Assembly: GCA_012295275.1 (NCBI GenBank)
Contig: CM022679.1
Coordinates: 4,216,001 to 4,280,000 of the forward strand
Direction: 5' to 3'
DNA length: 64,000 nucleotides
Source of the DNA: Chrysomallon squamiferum
Lineage: Eukaryota; Animalia; Mollusca
The notes beneath the pieces are model-generated. The model saw only the letters and a list, made by a program, of their open reading frames with translations, was not told where the DNA came from and did no database searches. Every line of letters starts with the position of its first letter. Position 1 is the first letter of the stretch. Positions 22,951 through 58,668 of this stretch are shown piece by piece. Made by a program: the position numbers and the translations under genes.

Positions 22951-24412
22951 GCAGTATCCACAATACGAAGTGAACAACAAGACTTTCAAACCCGACGACG
23001 ATGCTAATAATGATGATGATGACGATGATGATGACGGTACAGCCACACAGATGACGTGAACACTAAACCAGCTACGTAAAACGATTGCATATTACAGTGT
23101 TTACACGAAGCCACTTGTAAACGATCTCACTGTTTTATTATAGACATTCGGTGAGGACCCGTTTACGACTGTTTTAGCACCAGATTCATCGTTACGGAGA
23201 AGTCGATTGGTCTGCGCTGAGCCGAAGACTGGCAGTAAAAAGCACCAGCTGATGATGCTGTGGTCTTGATAAGGAAAAAAAAATGTTCGAGTCACTTGTT
23301 CTGAAGAAACAAATCAGAGGTCATGTCCATATAACGCGTCAATCTTTTCTGTTTGACGTGTGTCTAACTACACATCAAAAACAACTAGTAATACAAAAAA
23401 AATTTAGATATGCGATATTACCATCATTAAACTGCGAAATAAAGGGTTAATTTATAGATAGTACTGTAAGATGTCCTTCCTTCATTCCTTGACGTTGCGT
23501 CTAATATATATATATATTTTTTTGGTTATTATTATTTCTGGGGCAGACGTTATAAACATGATGCTGCTATACTGAAACAACAAGACTGGTTCTTCAAAAA
23601 CAACGACAACGACAACAACAGTTATTACTGAAATCACTTATTATTTTCGTTAGAACTATAATTACGATGTTTCTTTTTTGATTAATATAAAATTATTATT
23701 GAAAAATAAGAAGACGTAATAACTGAATATATATGATTTTTGTGTTTTTTTTCTAGAACTACTCCAACAGCAGCAAAAGCAACAATAAACAATGACAACA
23801 ACAACATCAACAACAATAAAGAAAGAACCAAATTAACTCAAACATTTTCAATTTCTTGCACGTAAACATTCTTTCAGGCAACATTTCGAGAAACATGTCT
23901 ATAAGTACGTAGCTAGTGAAACAACTTATTCATCCAGGCCATAAACTAATACTGACATGCCGAAAATAAAATTAACTTTCGTGACAGAAGATTATTTTCG
24001 ACGTAGTACTATCAGTTCGATCAGTCAGCAGTCAAAAGGGAAAAAGAGTAAGTAAGAATTTCTCGATATCAGTGGCGTTCCGCAGGGAGACACATTAGTA
24101 CCATCTTTGTTAAGGCTTTATACAAATAAAGTTAATGAAATGTGGAGAAGAGCGCTTCCAATACTAAACTGTTGACCAGCAAAACATAATATTTCCCTGA
24201 TAGGAAGATGAAGACATAACTCCCTCGGGAAGACTAGATGAAAGGAAAAGCTGGATTTGATATGAAATGTGTGTACATACATATAAAGAAAATGGTTTTG
24301 GTTATTAAGGATGCTCATTTGAGCGTGCGAATTTTTTTGTGTATCTGCGTATTTGTACGTGTATATATCATTATAATCATCATCATCATTATCATTATTA
24401 CTATTATCATTA

Positions 24413-24455
<43 letters not shown>

Positions 24456-25729
24456 GTCAAAGAAGAAGAAGAAAAAGTAGTAGTAGTTGTTGTAGTAGTT
24501 ACAGTAGCAGGAGTAGTAGTGATGGCGATGGTAGTATAAGTAGTAGTTGTAAAATTGTTCTTGTTATTGTATCAGTTCTTTCCTTTCTTTATATTGTTCT
24601 AATTTATTAATTAATTAATTTATTTACTTACTTAAATAAAAAATAAATGAATAATAATAATAAAAAAATAAAATAAAAAAATAAAAACCGTAATAGATAC
24701 CTCAGTCTTTAGTGAGTTTTGTGCAAGCTGGAAACCGTCCTATGCATGTGACTATTACCGGGTTCTTACTACAGTATTATTACAGCTGACTAATGTGTAT
24801 TCTGAACAAAAATACGTCTTACTTCCATTACAACTACTGCTGCCATTACGAACCATTACAGACGCCAGAATTACTAACATGCTATGTCTATTCTGATAAT
24901 TTAAAAGTAAAATTAATTTAATTCTCTGGATTTGTTATTCCATACTCAGCAAATATTCCGCAGCAAGTCTTTGGCCGTTATTATTAAAAAAAAAAAAAAA
25001 AAATAAGATAAAAAAAAAAAATATATATATATAATAATAAGAAGAAAAAAAAAAAAAAAAAAAAAAAAAATTATATATAAATAAATAAATAAATAAATAA
25101 ATAAAAAGTAAAAAATATAAGTAAATCAACCTTTCATGTTTATCAGTTTTCTTCTGATTTTAAACTGTACATCTGCACATTCAGTTTAAGAAATCGTACT
25201 TTCAAAACAACTCTTCTTGTGTTAATTCTGTATAGAGTTATTTCCCTTCTAAATGGTCACACACTTTTCAATACGGACTAGAGCAAAGTGTTTTACCAGC
25301 TACATTAACAGAGAGAGGAGAAGAAAGAGAGGAGAGAGAGAAATTCTTCATATGAACTGATATATTTCAGGTTTAAATTCAATCTCATTATAGAAAAAAT
25401 GAAAGTAATAACAATAATGGATGATGTGAAAATCCTCTTTTTTTTTCTTTGTTTTTTTTTTTTTTTCTCTACGTTTTTATTCGACTTAAAATCTAATTCA
25501 TCAATTCGCTTTCAAGGCGAAAGTGTACTTAATTTAGTTGAAAAAAAAGTCTCCATGCTATAAACTAGACTGCTGTTAGTTTTTCTGTTTTAATTTGAAC
25601 TGAAAGCTTTTACAGTTCAGTGAGATAATGTAATCATACTAACGACATTTTACAAAATATTAGTCTCCTCACTCTATCACAATTAATGTGTTTACAGGAG
25701 TTCTAGAGGGGACAGAAACACACACACAA

Positions 25730-25734
<5 letters not shown>

Positions 25735-25815
<81 letters not shown>
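25735..25815. repeat. (GA)n microsatellite
   Basis: Direct reading. Confidence 0.95.
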
Positions 25816-25819
<4 letters not shown>

Positions 25820-28800
25820 AGAAGGAGAGATAAAAGTAATAATTATGATTATAATATTGATGATGCCAAATATAATGATAATGACGATGATAATAATAAA
25901 AAGAAGAAGAAGAAGAAGCACTGAAGCAGAGAAATAGACCCGTTACAAAAAATAAAAAATAAAAAAAAAAAATAAATAAATACCACTGTTTTTTATACCT
26001 TGTCAAGACGTTAAATTTCTCACTGTCAGTCTCTGACACAACGGGGATTTGGAGGTTTAGTCCACTTTAGATCTGTACAGTAAAAGATACAAAAACTCGA
26101 GGGCCTTAAATGTTAGACTCGTCCCGATATTTTAGATTTCTTTACCTTTTTAATCGTAATATCTTTTCACTCGTTCTTTCTTTCGCTCTTTCCTCTGCTT
26201 GCGTCACAACAACGCTTGATTCGAAAAGACAGCTTAAAAACTCCGTTTCATTCTATATGTAGCTTTAATCCCTACTAGCCTAGCATTAACGGGCTGTATT
26301 AAAATTGCTTGGAAACAGCTGATTAACCCAAGTACGATCAATACTCGGTTGTCTCCCCTGAGCTACTGAAATAAATACTGTAGATTGATTCTTTTTCCCA
26401 TAATATTGGAAAAGTGTCCCTAAGGACGTGTTGTTGTTTTTTTTTTCAGCGAACACGGACGCCTATAAACGTCAAAGTCCTTTGTGGTGATATTTCAAGT
26501 GTAAAATATCGCTGTTGCTGTTAATTATGTCTTAAAAGTTGTCATTTGATAAGGTTTTTGGTTTGGGTTTTTTCATCAGTTGTCCACAGTTAATAACTTT
26601 ATTAAAACTGTTCTGTAGCACGACTGATTAAACATGTGTTTAACAATACATCAACGAGTTTTGATATTAGCGGTTATCAGTCACTGTCGAGCTAATGATT
26701 TCTTTTGTTGTGCTGGTGATGAGAGAGAAACAAACAAAACAAATAAACACACAACCAAACAAGTTTTGATGGATTAGTCTGAGTTAGCGTTCATGCTGAT
26801 ATATTTATATTATTTTATCCAAAATTGTGTTTATTTCGTTATTTCCCGTTCCAGACATCATCTTGCGATTTCGGTGTTAAATTACACTGTCTTTTGAAAG
26901 TTACACATAAAAGTTGTTTTGGAACAAAAACTGCAAACAAGATAAAGATTATGGCTTTTTACCATCCTGACTGACACGCGAAATTGAGTCTCACTATTCT
27001 GGCTAATAAAGTAAATTCTTAACAAGGACTTTCAAGCTTAATAAAATTTTACAAAGTCTAAATTCAGTACTGATGACACAGTATTAATAATAACATCGTT
27101 AAGTAGAATTAAATTTATGACAAATGTTCATCTCAATAGAAAATTACACATTTTGGATTGTTTAATTTAGAAATACGATATTTAAATATCTGTTTAATTC
27201 TTCACCTTGAAATGTCGCTCACAATACGATTTTCAAATTCTGCCACAGCCATTAAAATATGTTTACGTGAAACTGCGCTGTCATTGCCAGGACACTAGTT
27301 AAAGGGTTAGACGTCTAAATCTCATAGAAAACACCTTTGTCTCTTCCACTCTCTACTTAATCTGACAGGGCTCGCGGGCAAATACCCAATTTCATGTCTG
27401 TCATGTTCCGAATCGTCAGAGGATGCAGGTTCGGCTCGATTCAAATCGAATAACAGACAATGTTGTTTCGACTTCCAACTCTTTATTAAGCAATTTCTCC
27501 ACTTAATCACGAATTTGTCCGTTGTCCTTATTTTCGAATTTAACTCGTCTTGTGCTCGAAGTTTTCATAATCTCATTTGTGCGGAGACATCGTGTCTGAA
27601 TGCCATTACAATTTGCTTTTAGTGATTGCATTTTTTGTGTGTGTGTTTGTTTCTAAGTATTTCTATTGCAGAAAACGACCAGAGCTAACCGTATTAATAA
27701 CAATCATCATTAAGGGAAAGAAAATGGTACATTACAAACGTAATTATATATTAATTAGAAAGAACGTTTGTATCTCTGAGGATTTTGGCGTTATTCCATT
27801 TGTTTTTATAATAATGTTTCCATTGTTTATCCATCAGACTCAGAACGTATCAGTAGTATTTTTTTTGTAACCTCGGTATTATACGGTGAATCATTACGAC
27901 TAGTTCTAATAAGGAAATAGTATTTTAATGTTTTATAATATGGAAATAACTTCTTAACGACTTCATAATACACGTAATGCACACCCTTAATAATGCTCGA
28001 CTAATAAAATAAAAATACACATATTAAGACATTCATAGTTTAGTACTACCGTTTTCAAAACTTCGCCCCTACAGAAATTTCATGGTGCAAGAATATTCTT
28101 TACAGAAACTGTTTCTAAGAATATTCACTTTGAGAATATCTATTTAATGTGTACCCTTTCTATGAATACACGTTTTTTTTTTTTCTAGGAAATTGTTTTG
28201 TATTACCATGCAAATTAGTTACCCTGCAAAAATACGAAAACTATGTAATCTTAACTGTTCCTATCTTCGTTTGATTATTAGAAGAAAACAAGAAGAGATG
28301 GTTTGCGAATTCGTAGATTTGTTATCTTCTAGAATGCAACATTATCACGTTAAAGGAGAATAGTCGTATAAGTATTAACAGTCAGTTTCGTTACCATCAT
28401 TTTGACCCTTCCCGGATTAACCATCAACAACAAAAGAATACCGATAGCAACAACAACAACAACAACAATAACAACAACAACAACAACAATAATAATAATA
28501 ACAACAACAACAACAAGAATTGCAAATCCTTTGTTTTTCCAAATCTTCGCTTATCGTCTCTTCATCGTCAGACCCATAATCAATCACTTGAACCTCTTTC
28601 ATAAGGATACAGTACATTAGTAGCTATTACTGTTAACATTAGCTGTGTATACAGCTAACCTGACTGCAGCAAATGGTGATATTCCAGTAGTAATAACACT
28701 GAACAAATAATTAACGTTAAGGGAAGATTCCGTGCCGCAGAGGTGAAGCGGAACGTTCTGCGTATTGACTTTACAGCAAGAAAGACAATGCTGCGGCAAT

Positions 28801-30443
28801 TTACAACGCTGTAAAGAAACTAAATATACCAGCGTCGCTCGAGTAATTGGCAGTCCGTATTAATGGGCTGATTAGTTTTACAGTGTTTTGTTTTCTTTCT
28901 GTGAACCAAGGGAACTGGAAATGTAATTACGTGTGACTTGTTTGCATGTCAAACACATACAAAAACCCCATGAAAACACGCGCATCGTTTACTTACAAAT
29001 GTAGCTGAAACTCGTGGGTTTAAGGACCGACTCTCAAGAATTTTAGAAGCAAAAAGCTGTATGAAAATGAAAAAAGTTTCCAAAATAATATTCTCCATTA
29101 TGAGTCTGTCTGTGCATTTATTCGTTTATATTTGTATCTCTCTGTGTGTATGTGTTTGAGCACGTGTGTGGAAATGTATGTATTAATATGTGTGTACGTA
29201 TGTGCGTACATATGTGTGTGTATTCACGTATGTATGTATGGATGTGTTTGCATGTGTTTGCGCGCGTGTGTTTAAGACGCTCACCCATAAGTACAATCAC
29301 CCCTCCATCCACACACCCACAGACACACAAATACAGACATACATATAATTTATGTTTCAGTGTTTCTACGTAAGAGTGCGTGCGTATTTCCATGCCTGTA
29401 ACTATGATATATAACACGAGATTTAATCAGGGAAAGAGAGACGTTAAAGGTAATGCTGATGATTCCACTGACACGAAAGCCATATAACTTTACACGCAGT
29501 GAACAGCGATAGCTAATGTGATTATTTATATGGTAGTTCTGTCATAGCGATATTAATGAAAGTTTGTCTGTCTGTACCACGAGAATATCAAAATCGATCG
29601 AATCAAACAGCAACGCGGAATATGTATATCAAAGGTGGCGATTTTTCATAGTTCTGACAATGGTGGTCAATTAAAACTGAAGACATAACGCGTTGGTTTT
29701 CAAGGCAAGACTGAGCGCGTTTAGGCAGCGGATTGCTTCTCGCTTTGTTTAATGTTTACTAGAAGACTGGAGATTAAACTGAGACAATTAAACGAATACT
29801 GCACCGGCAACTGTTCTGTCACTGAAGCACATCTTGTGTACTTGATTATCAGAAACTTCCCAGTCTTCTCGCCAGAGATCCTGCGATAAAATACTGATCA
29901 TAACACAGCACGGCTCCATAACGCTTTATGTATTCCCCCTTCAGCAATATCCTCTATTGACTTGACCCATTTGAAGAGGTCTCCAATTGATCCACTCTCA
30001 GGCCTGACCTTTTCGTTTGGCGCTGGTTTCGACGTCATCACTTATAGATCCAGATTATCCTTGTTGCTGATGTTATTTTGGAAGTGTGTAAGCATTGTGT
30101 GGCAAACGTCTTGAAAATTCGGTGTAGGAATTTTTGGTAATTTTGTTATCAAATCACTAATTGCCTTCTGACAGAAAGATGAAAATACTGAATTTACTTG
30201 AAATTAAAATTCAAGGAAGAGAAGAAAATATATAACTGCGCAGTTTTATATAAATACTCTCTTCTAATAGATTATATTGTAATAATGCTTATAGTTATTG
30301 AATTAAAACGTGTTATAATTTGAGAAGTTATTATTTATTTATAGTGAATAATTAAATACTATAATTTTTATGAAATTATTATGTTCGAGACAGGTGATAT
30401 TATTAAGAATTAACTGATTTTTCTGAGCCATAATCAAGGATGG

Positions 30444-30566
<123 letters not shown>

Positions 30567-32524
30567 GTTGCAGAATAGAAAATACAGTCAGATAGTGTAA
30601 TTTACAGAAAGAAAAAACAAGATAACTCGCCAAGTCGATGCTATTACGAAACAATGAAAGCATAGAAATGAGAATTAACAAAACAGATCTACAGAGAGAA
30701 ACAAAACAATCAGAGCATCACAACCAACGATTCTGACGGCGATAGAAATTAAACTCAGTGAGAACAAGAGCTTAAATAACTGTCTCGCCATTAGACAAAC
30801 TCTCAGCTTATTGTATCAAATACTCAACACTTATGAAATCAGCATGGTGTCTTTTCAATGAAACTTTAGACACTTTCCACTGGGACTTGTCAGTGTTCCA
30901 CGAGAACACTCGAATGAAAAAGTCTCAAATGATCGATTTTGAAATCCTATTTACTTAATAAAGCACCAGCGGGCTGAGATTCTTGCAATGAGGAAAAGTT
31001 CGTCATCCGGTCCGCTAATAGTGGTCTTGGTATTCTAACGTCAAACAGGACAGCCAGTGAAATGAAAGGCAATAAACGACCATGGTCTGCAAATGAAGAT
31101 GAAGAAAAAAAGTCAATGCCTTAAGGATAGAGCACAACTTTGTGTGCAACAATCAGAAGTCAATGTAAAATCAAGTAACTCGTTTTAATAAACCAGCTTA
31201 AAGAAATATATAATTTTTTGGAAAAATGTAAATTTGTATGACATTTCCTTCAAAAGCGATCAAGTTGTTTTATCAGCGGCTGTCAAAGCAGACAGAATTA
31301 AACATCTTTTATTCAGAGCTATTAGCCTGTTATTCTGATAAAATGTTTTGATGGGAAAAAAAAAAAAAAAAGATTACTTTAACAGATATGATATTATTTG
31401 AAAAGTGAACTAAAGCAGACAGATTGGTAATGGACTTGTAGGGTCTTACACAAGGGAGTTAATGAACTGTCAACGTGTTCGCTTTTGAAGACTGCAACCA
31501 TTTCCTCGTCTATCATGATTCATATTGACACAGGGTAATGTTGCAGTTATTACAATTATTATCATGAGAATAGTAGATTTTGTGATCGCTGTTTATGTTT
31601 ATAGAATGTTGTATCTTCGTACAATGTGCTTCTTAGTTGTAGTATTCAGTGAACTGAACAACTTAATTCAAATGTTATTACTGTCGACGTTAATAACGGC
31701 AAACATAATGTGTTTACACTAAATTTCTCTTTTATTTTTTTATTTTCCAAATTTTAAGTCATCAAACATTTTGATGAATAATCTTGCTCAAATGATTATG
31801 ATAACTGTATAAATAGAATATTATAAAATATTATACTAATTTGTTCTTACATCCCAGTCGTTGTTTATGTTAGCAATGTTACAGATAACTTACCTAATGC
31901 AATCATGAATATCTTTATTTTATTTTTATGCTTATTATATATAAGTAAAAACTAAATGACGCCATATTTGTCATATGAATTTAGTATTTAAATATTGGAG
32001 CAGTTTGTTGTTAAACGTTGCTTTTGATATACGTCAATGTTGCAGATAGATCATAAAATGCTTTCATCAGTGATGTGTTTATGACGAGGACAAGAGAGAA
32101 ATCTGGGAATATGAAAAAGAAAAAACATGAAGAAGATAAAGAAAAGAACAACAGCCTTAAAGAGCACGAATAGCTTGGAGAAAACGAGAGAAATTAGAAT
32201 AGAAATAATCTGAAGAAGAGTCATCATCTTGATTAATCAATCTACCTCGGGCTCAGGCAGCTGTTTCTGAGTTTGCATCATCAACCAGCCAATCAAAGTG
32301 AAGCAAGCGGATAAAATTGAACACGACAGGTTCCATCGTTTTCTAAGACGTTAATGTTAACCACATTAAAACGATAGGGAACATCTCGCATAATTAGTTT
32401 TTGAATTGTTAATTTACTAAGATTTGTCATCGAACAGTATCTTTCTCCTATCAGTTGTCATTTCGTTAAAGTACTTAAATGACAAATACCTATAATAAAA
32501 TACTAGTTCTTTCATTTTCTAAGT

Positions 32525-32631
<107 letters not shown>

Positions 32632-33664
32632 CGTGTAACTCAGCAAACTCGTGGGTAAAAGACATAAGAGAACAGGCCAACTATTCTAGGTTTTAATATG
32701 CAAAATAGCAAGTTAAAGAAATAAACGAATGTTTTAATTACTTTTAGATAATGTAATGAGGAAACAAACTTGTTCATTCTATTCTTTTACCCTATTACTT
32801 TGAGTCTCAAAAGAGTAAGCCAAATTTCATTTTCTATGACACAGTGAAAACAGATTTACTGTAGTAGATTAAATATATATTTAATCGCTTAAAAACGTTT
32901 AACAGTAACTAATGGTGCACAAAGATGTTTCCATTTTGTATAAACACACCTAAATGACAGCAAAATATCATCTATAACTTATACCTTCTCATGGACTACT
33001 AAATGCAGATTTAAAGAAAAACAAACGAATTGTAAAACTGTTAACAAATTCTCGTTAATGTAAAACGTACGTTAACGTTATATTTAATTTAAAAAAAAAA
33101 GAAAAAAAAAAAGGGAAAATTGGTGACGAAAAGTCATTTTCTAAAGCTGGGAACAAAATCCTTTTAACTTCACATATCTGAGAGTCAAACACTGAATTCA
33201 CGAAAATAAATACTTAATGCTGGCAGCATGATGTATGGGCCGCTGTACCTTCCCGTGAAAATAAATAGAAATTCATCATCAATCATAAGTATCCATAGAT
33301 CTTTGCCAGCTGCATGCGATACTTTAGCCCATTCTCAGAGTTTACACAGTGAGAAAGGCCTCGAAGCATATGATATTATGTCAACATGACGCATCCAGAT
33401 AGTCCAGTCTTTTGTCGGCAACGTGCACTTAATCAGCTGAAACAATATTTGGATTATGAGGCAGGAAATCAAATTGCCAAAAGAGCGATTTGGAACAGTA
33501 TTTGATAAGAGGAACTGAAATAAACTGTTTCTTAACCATTTATAACCTCTCTGACAAGATTTGAATTCATTTATTTCATTCTTTTGAAAGATTAAAAAAA
33601 GATTAAAAACCTAATGAAAATATAATTAAATAGGGGTGAGAACAATAAATAAATTAATTCGTCA

Positions 33665-33701
<37 letters not shown>

Positions 33702-33894
33702 GCTGTATAATTCGTAGTAATAATTGTATCAGTCCTTCCACATCTTCCACATCTTCCTGCAACTTTTGCTACTACTACTACAGCTATTACAACTACTAGT
33801 GCAACTTTTATTACCTCTACTACTGCTCTACAGCTACTACTACAGCTTCTTCTATTACTACTATTACCACAATACAATAACAAGAACTACAATT

Positions 33895-34001
<107 letters not shown>

Positions 34002-34583
34002 TATAAACAGAACATATGGCCAGGTACAAACGTAATTCTGTGATCTGTAATGAAAACAGAAAGGTGATATTACACGTTTTATGTGCGAGTAAAACTGAGA
34101 ACGTTGAAATCTCCAAAGCCTTTCTTCATCATTAACAAATCATTACTGTGCTCTGTTTTCGTTCGCATACGCGTTCGGATAATAAATAATCACACTTTTG
34201 TGTTTGCCGGACGAAATTGACGGAATCTCCCTCGTGTATTGGAACACTCCACTAACTCGTTTTCATTAATTTGGCAGGGGGAAACATTTCATATTACGAT
34301 CCATATCCATCACTTCCCATCATTCCAAACAGGGTGACGCCTTAGATTAGAGTAATGAGAGCCAGTTTTAAATAAAGGTTAGGAGAATCCTTGCGTGATG
34401 TAGTTTTAATTCAACACTGTGTTTTAAAAGTATTGTTTTCAAGGTGTTTAAATTATGTTACAGAAGGGAATCGGAGGAATAAAACTGATATAAATGCATT
34501 GATGAAAGAAAAGAAAAAAGGAAATTGAGAGTCAGAGCTCAGAGAAAGAGATAATTAATGTGTTATATGAATTCAAATGCACA

Positions 34584-34708
<125 letters not shown>

Positions 34709-35406
34709 GTCACCCTTTCTCTAACTTTTTCTCTCTAACTCGCTGTGTAGCATTTATGTGATTTCCACAAAACACAGAGCGAATCACACTGGAAAATATT
34801 AATTTTTATTAATTTTATTTTTTTCTTTCTTTTTAAAATGAACACCGTTAGAAGGAAATCCTATTCACGAAACACAAGCTGCTAAGAAAACGTTAGTAGT
34901 AATCTGTTTGATATTTATAAAACAGAATAAATACAACACACACAAAGAAACGACTCGGCTAATGATGACAAGAAAGGCATTTAATGCTTATAAAATTCTA
35001 TTTACAAATATTAAGTACCTAACAGAAACAAAACAGTATGTAAATAACTCTATATAAAGAAATGTGTACATTGTCTGCGATCAGTATTTCACAAAATATA
35101 AATTTTGAAACATAACGAAAAGAAATGTTCATGTTATTTTTAATAATATTTTATGGGGTTTTTTAATTGGTCCGATTTTTTGATTTTCATGATGATTCTT
35201 GATTCCGTGTAGATAAGGGCTTTGTTTGTAATTGTTTTGTTGTTTTTTCTTTTCAGATTCCGTTTTGCTTCAGTTTTAAACCAATTAATTTATATTTTTT
35301 TATATTTCTGAACTTGGTTTTCTTACAGAATGAAACGTTTGAAAAAATCATTTTGAAACTTAAAAATTGGAAGTAATATTTTATGTCCATATTTTTTTTC
35401 TGATAC

Positions 35407-35543
<137 letters not shown>

Positions 35544-35715
35544 TTTGTTTTAAAGATAAACATCCACCACCTTCACATAGAATTAAAAACAACTACAATT
35601 AATTTTCAGTATATTATAGTCATATTGAAATTGTCCCATTTGATGGGGAGGGGGTGGTGGTCCGTAATCAGTTCCAAACCCGGCATTGAATGCACGTCCA
35701 AACACAAAATATACG

Positions 35716-56114
<20,399 letters not shown>

Positions 56115-57025
56115 GTTCTAGCGACTGTCAGCATACCTATTACTGGAACCTTATGTCAGCGGCGTAAAGGTCGTAATCACAACGCACGCAGACGTGATAA
56201 CATCTCCCCTCCTGTCGCGAGGAGCTTTCTCCGAGCCGCTAGTACACGAAGCGCAGTAACATCCTTGTGGATCACTTCGGAACGTTTCGGTAAATAAGCA
56301 GACGGCTGTGATGTGAACGCGGGAAACAATCAATTTCCCATCGCGACGTTTGGTGTAACGAGCAGACGGCAAATCGTGTTTCTCTCTCTGCTGGATTTCT
56401 TTCCCTTCTTATTCTATTTCTCTTCTTTTTCCTTCTTCTTCTTCTTCTTCTTTTATTTCTTTTCCTACCTTTTTCTAATTTTGTGTTATTAATCCTGGCA
56501 TTTTTGCTCGTGATCGGAATGTCATGCGGTTTTTGAACGAAAATTTCGACCCAAACAAAATTAGCCAAATATAAACCTGTTTTTGAACTAGAAACGGAAA
56601 ATAAAATAAAAATAACTAGAAGAAGAAGAAGAAGAAAAAAAAAAAAAAAAAATAGTTGTGACCTCAACAAGACCTGATTCGTTCCTATAGTTCACGCGGA
56701 ATCTCAAGATGCCGCCCGCGTTCGCTGGAAAGGGAAGCAATTTGCAAAAAAAATTCAGCCCGATGCACTGATGATAATAGATCCCACTAATGATTCAAGT
56801 GGGAACGTATGATTCCTAATCGCCAATACACAAGATGAACCGATGAAATGCAATTTGGTTATGATTACGTTATTTAATCACCGAATCGCTTCTTTGCCGA
56901 ATGTAATAACGATCTATGTTTCCTCTCGGAGAGAATAAATTCTAAACGACTCTGACATGCAGAGTTGCTTACGGCGTGTTGAAGATTGAAAATGTTATAA
57001 TTTCTTTGTGGTGATTACGGGGCTT

Positions 57026-57094
57026 GCGGCCGCCATTTTCGTTAAATTTAATAACTGGCATAATGGCGATGGGGGAGGGGGGGGAGGGGGAGGG
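57026..57094 (-). promoter_or_regulatory. Candidate gene B promoter elements: YY1-type site and G-tract
   Basis: AAAATGGCGGCCGC on the gene B sense strand (57039-57026) and G5AG8AG5AG3 at 57071-57094, about 0.9 kb upstream of the ATG in a CpG-richer region. Confidence 0.4.
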
Positions 57095-58165
57095 ATGTCG
57101 TGAAGGTCGACTGCAATGAATATTCAGTGAATACGCTAATTGACCTATTATTCCCTGCGTGTTTAGACTTCCCTAAAGAAATGTTTACAGCTTCTGAGCC
57201 AGTTAGAAATTTAAATACAGAATGTCCGGCCTTGTATTCATTGAAAAAAAGAAAACTTTCGGATCAGGCATTATGGGTCACTGTTCCCGGTGTTTCCCGT
57301 TCTAGTCAGTGCCCTTAAAAAGGTGCACATCGAGCAAATCAGCAAACCTCAACAGTAATAAATATATTTTGAACAACAGTTGCAACAGCAACAACATACA
57401 AAATAAATGAATAAATAAACAAAGTAAAAAAATATAAGTAAATAAATAATTTTAAAAAGTAACAATAAAAACAACAGCAGCAACAGTAAAAACAACAACA
57501 ACAACAACAATAATGATAATTACATTAATAATTATAATATCTGTCTAAAATTTCATAAGTAATAGTAAATAATTAATAGCAACATCATTTAACGATTTCA
57601 TCATTTTTATAAATAAATAAATAATAATAATAAAAAAAATAAAAAATTATGAAGATGGAAATAATGATTATAATGATGAAATTGATATGATTTTAATAAT
57701 ACGACAACGATCATCTCAAATCCTAATTTTTTCATTTTCGTCTTCCAACATCAAAACATTCGACCTCAAACGAGCAGCTCTTTCTTCAGTAAACGAAAAA
57801 TATTTATTTTTCATTTTCGGTAAAAATTACGAAAGCATAAAAGGGCCATAAATACGAATGCGACATCCTTTACAAATGTTCAGTTTGTTTTGTGCCCTCG
57901 AGCAAATCCGCGATCTGCGTGAGTTCCCCTGTTAATTTTACAATCTTGCTCGGGTTTAAAGATTTTCATTAGAAAAGCTTGTCATACTCCGGCAATGCAA
58001 ATACCGAAATAAATCGCGAGCATGAGAAATATTGATTGGTCAATTCATTTTATGACGTTTATGTTTAATCGATAAAATATGCTTACATGCGCACAGAATT
58101 AGACAACCATTTAATGAAATGAAAGCTGGGGAAGGTTGTTCTTCTGTCCCCTCACTCACTGTCTC

Positions 58166-58177
<12 letters not shown>

Positions 58178-58259
<82 letters not shown>
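58178..58259. repeat. (CT)n microsatellite
   Basis: Direct reading. Confidence 0.95.
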
Positions 58260-58262
<3 letters not shown>

Positions 58263-58628
58263 CTGTCTCTGTCTGTCTGGCTCTCATAATAAATAAAGTT
58301 GTAGATAAATGAATAAATAAATAAATAAATAAATAACGTTAAAACCAAATCGTAGATTATTTGATTACAAGTTGTATTCGCAATTTGGTTATAAATAATT
58401 TAACATTTACATACATACACACATATATCTAAATGTCAGCTGAAATTGATTTGTTTCGTGATATTCTCTGCCATGTTTTGTCCATGTTTTTTATGAGTGA
58501 AGTATAGATACCAATTTCAAATGATACGATTAGGAAACTGAATCAGAAGATTGATTTTTATATTGACTTATTTTATTTTTTTGTCACATACAATAATTTA
58601 TATGTATTCTTAAATGTATATGTGTGTT

Positions 58629-58668
<40 letters not shown>

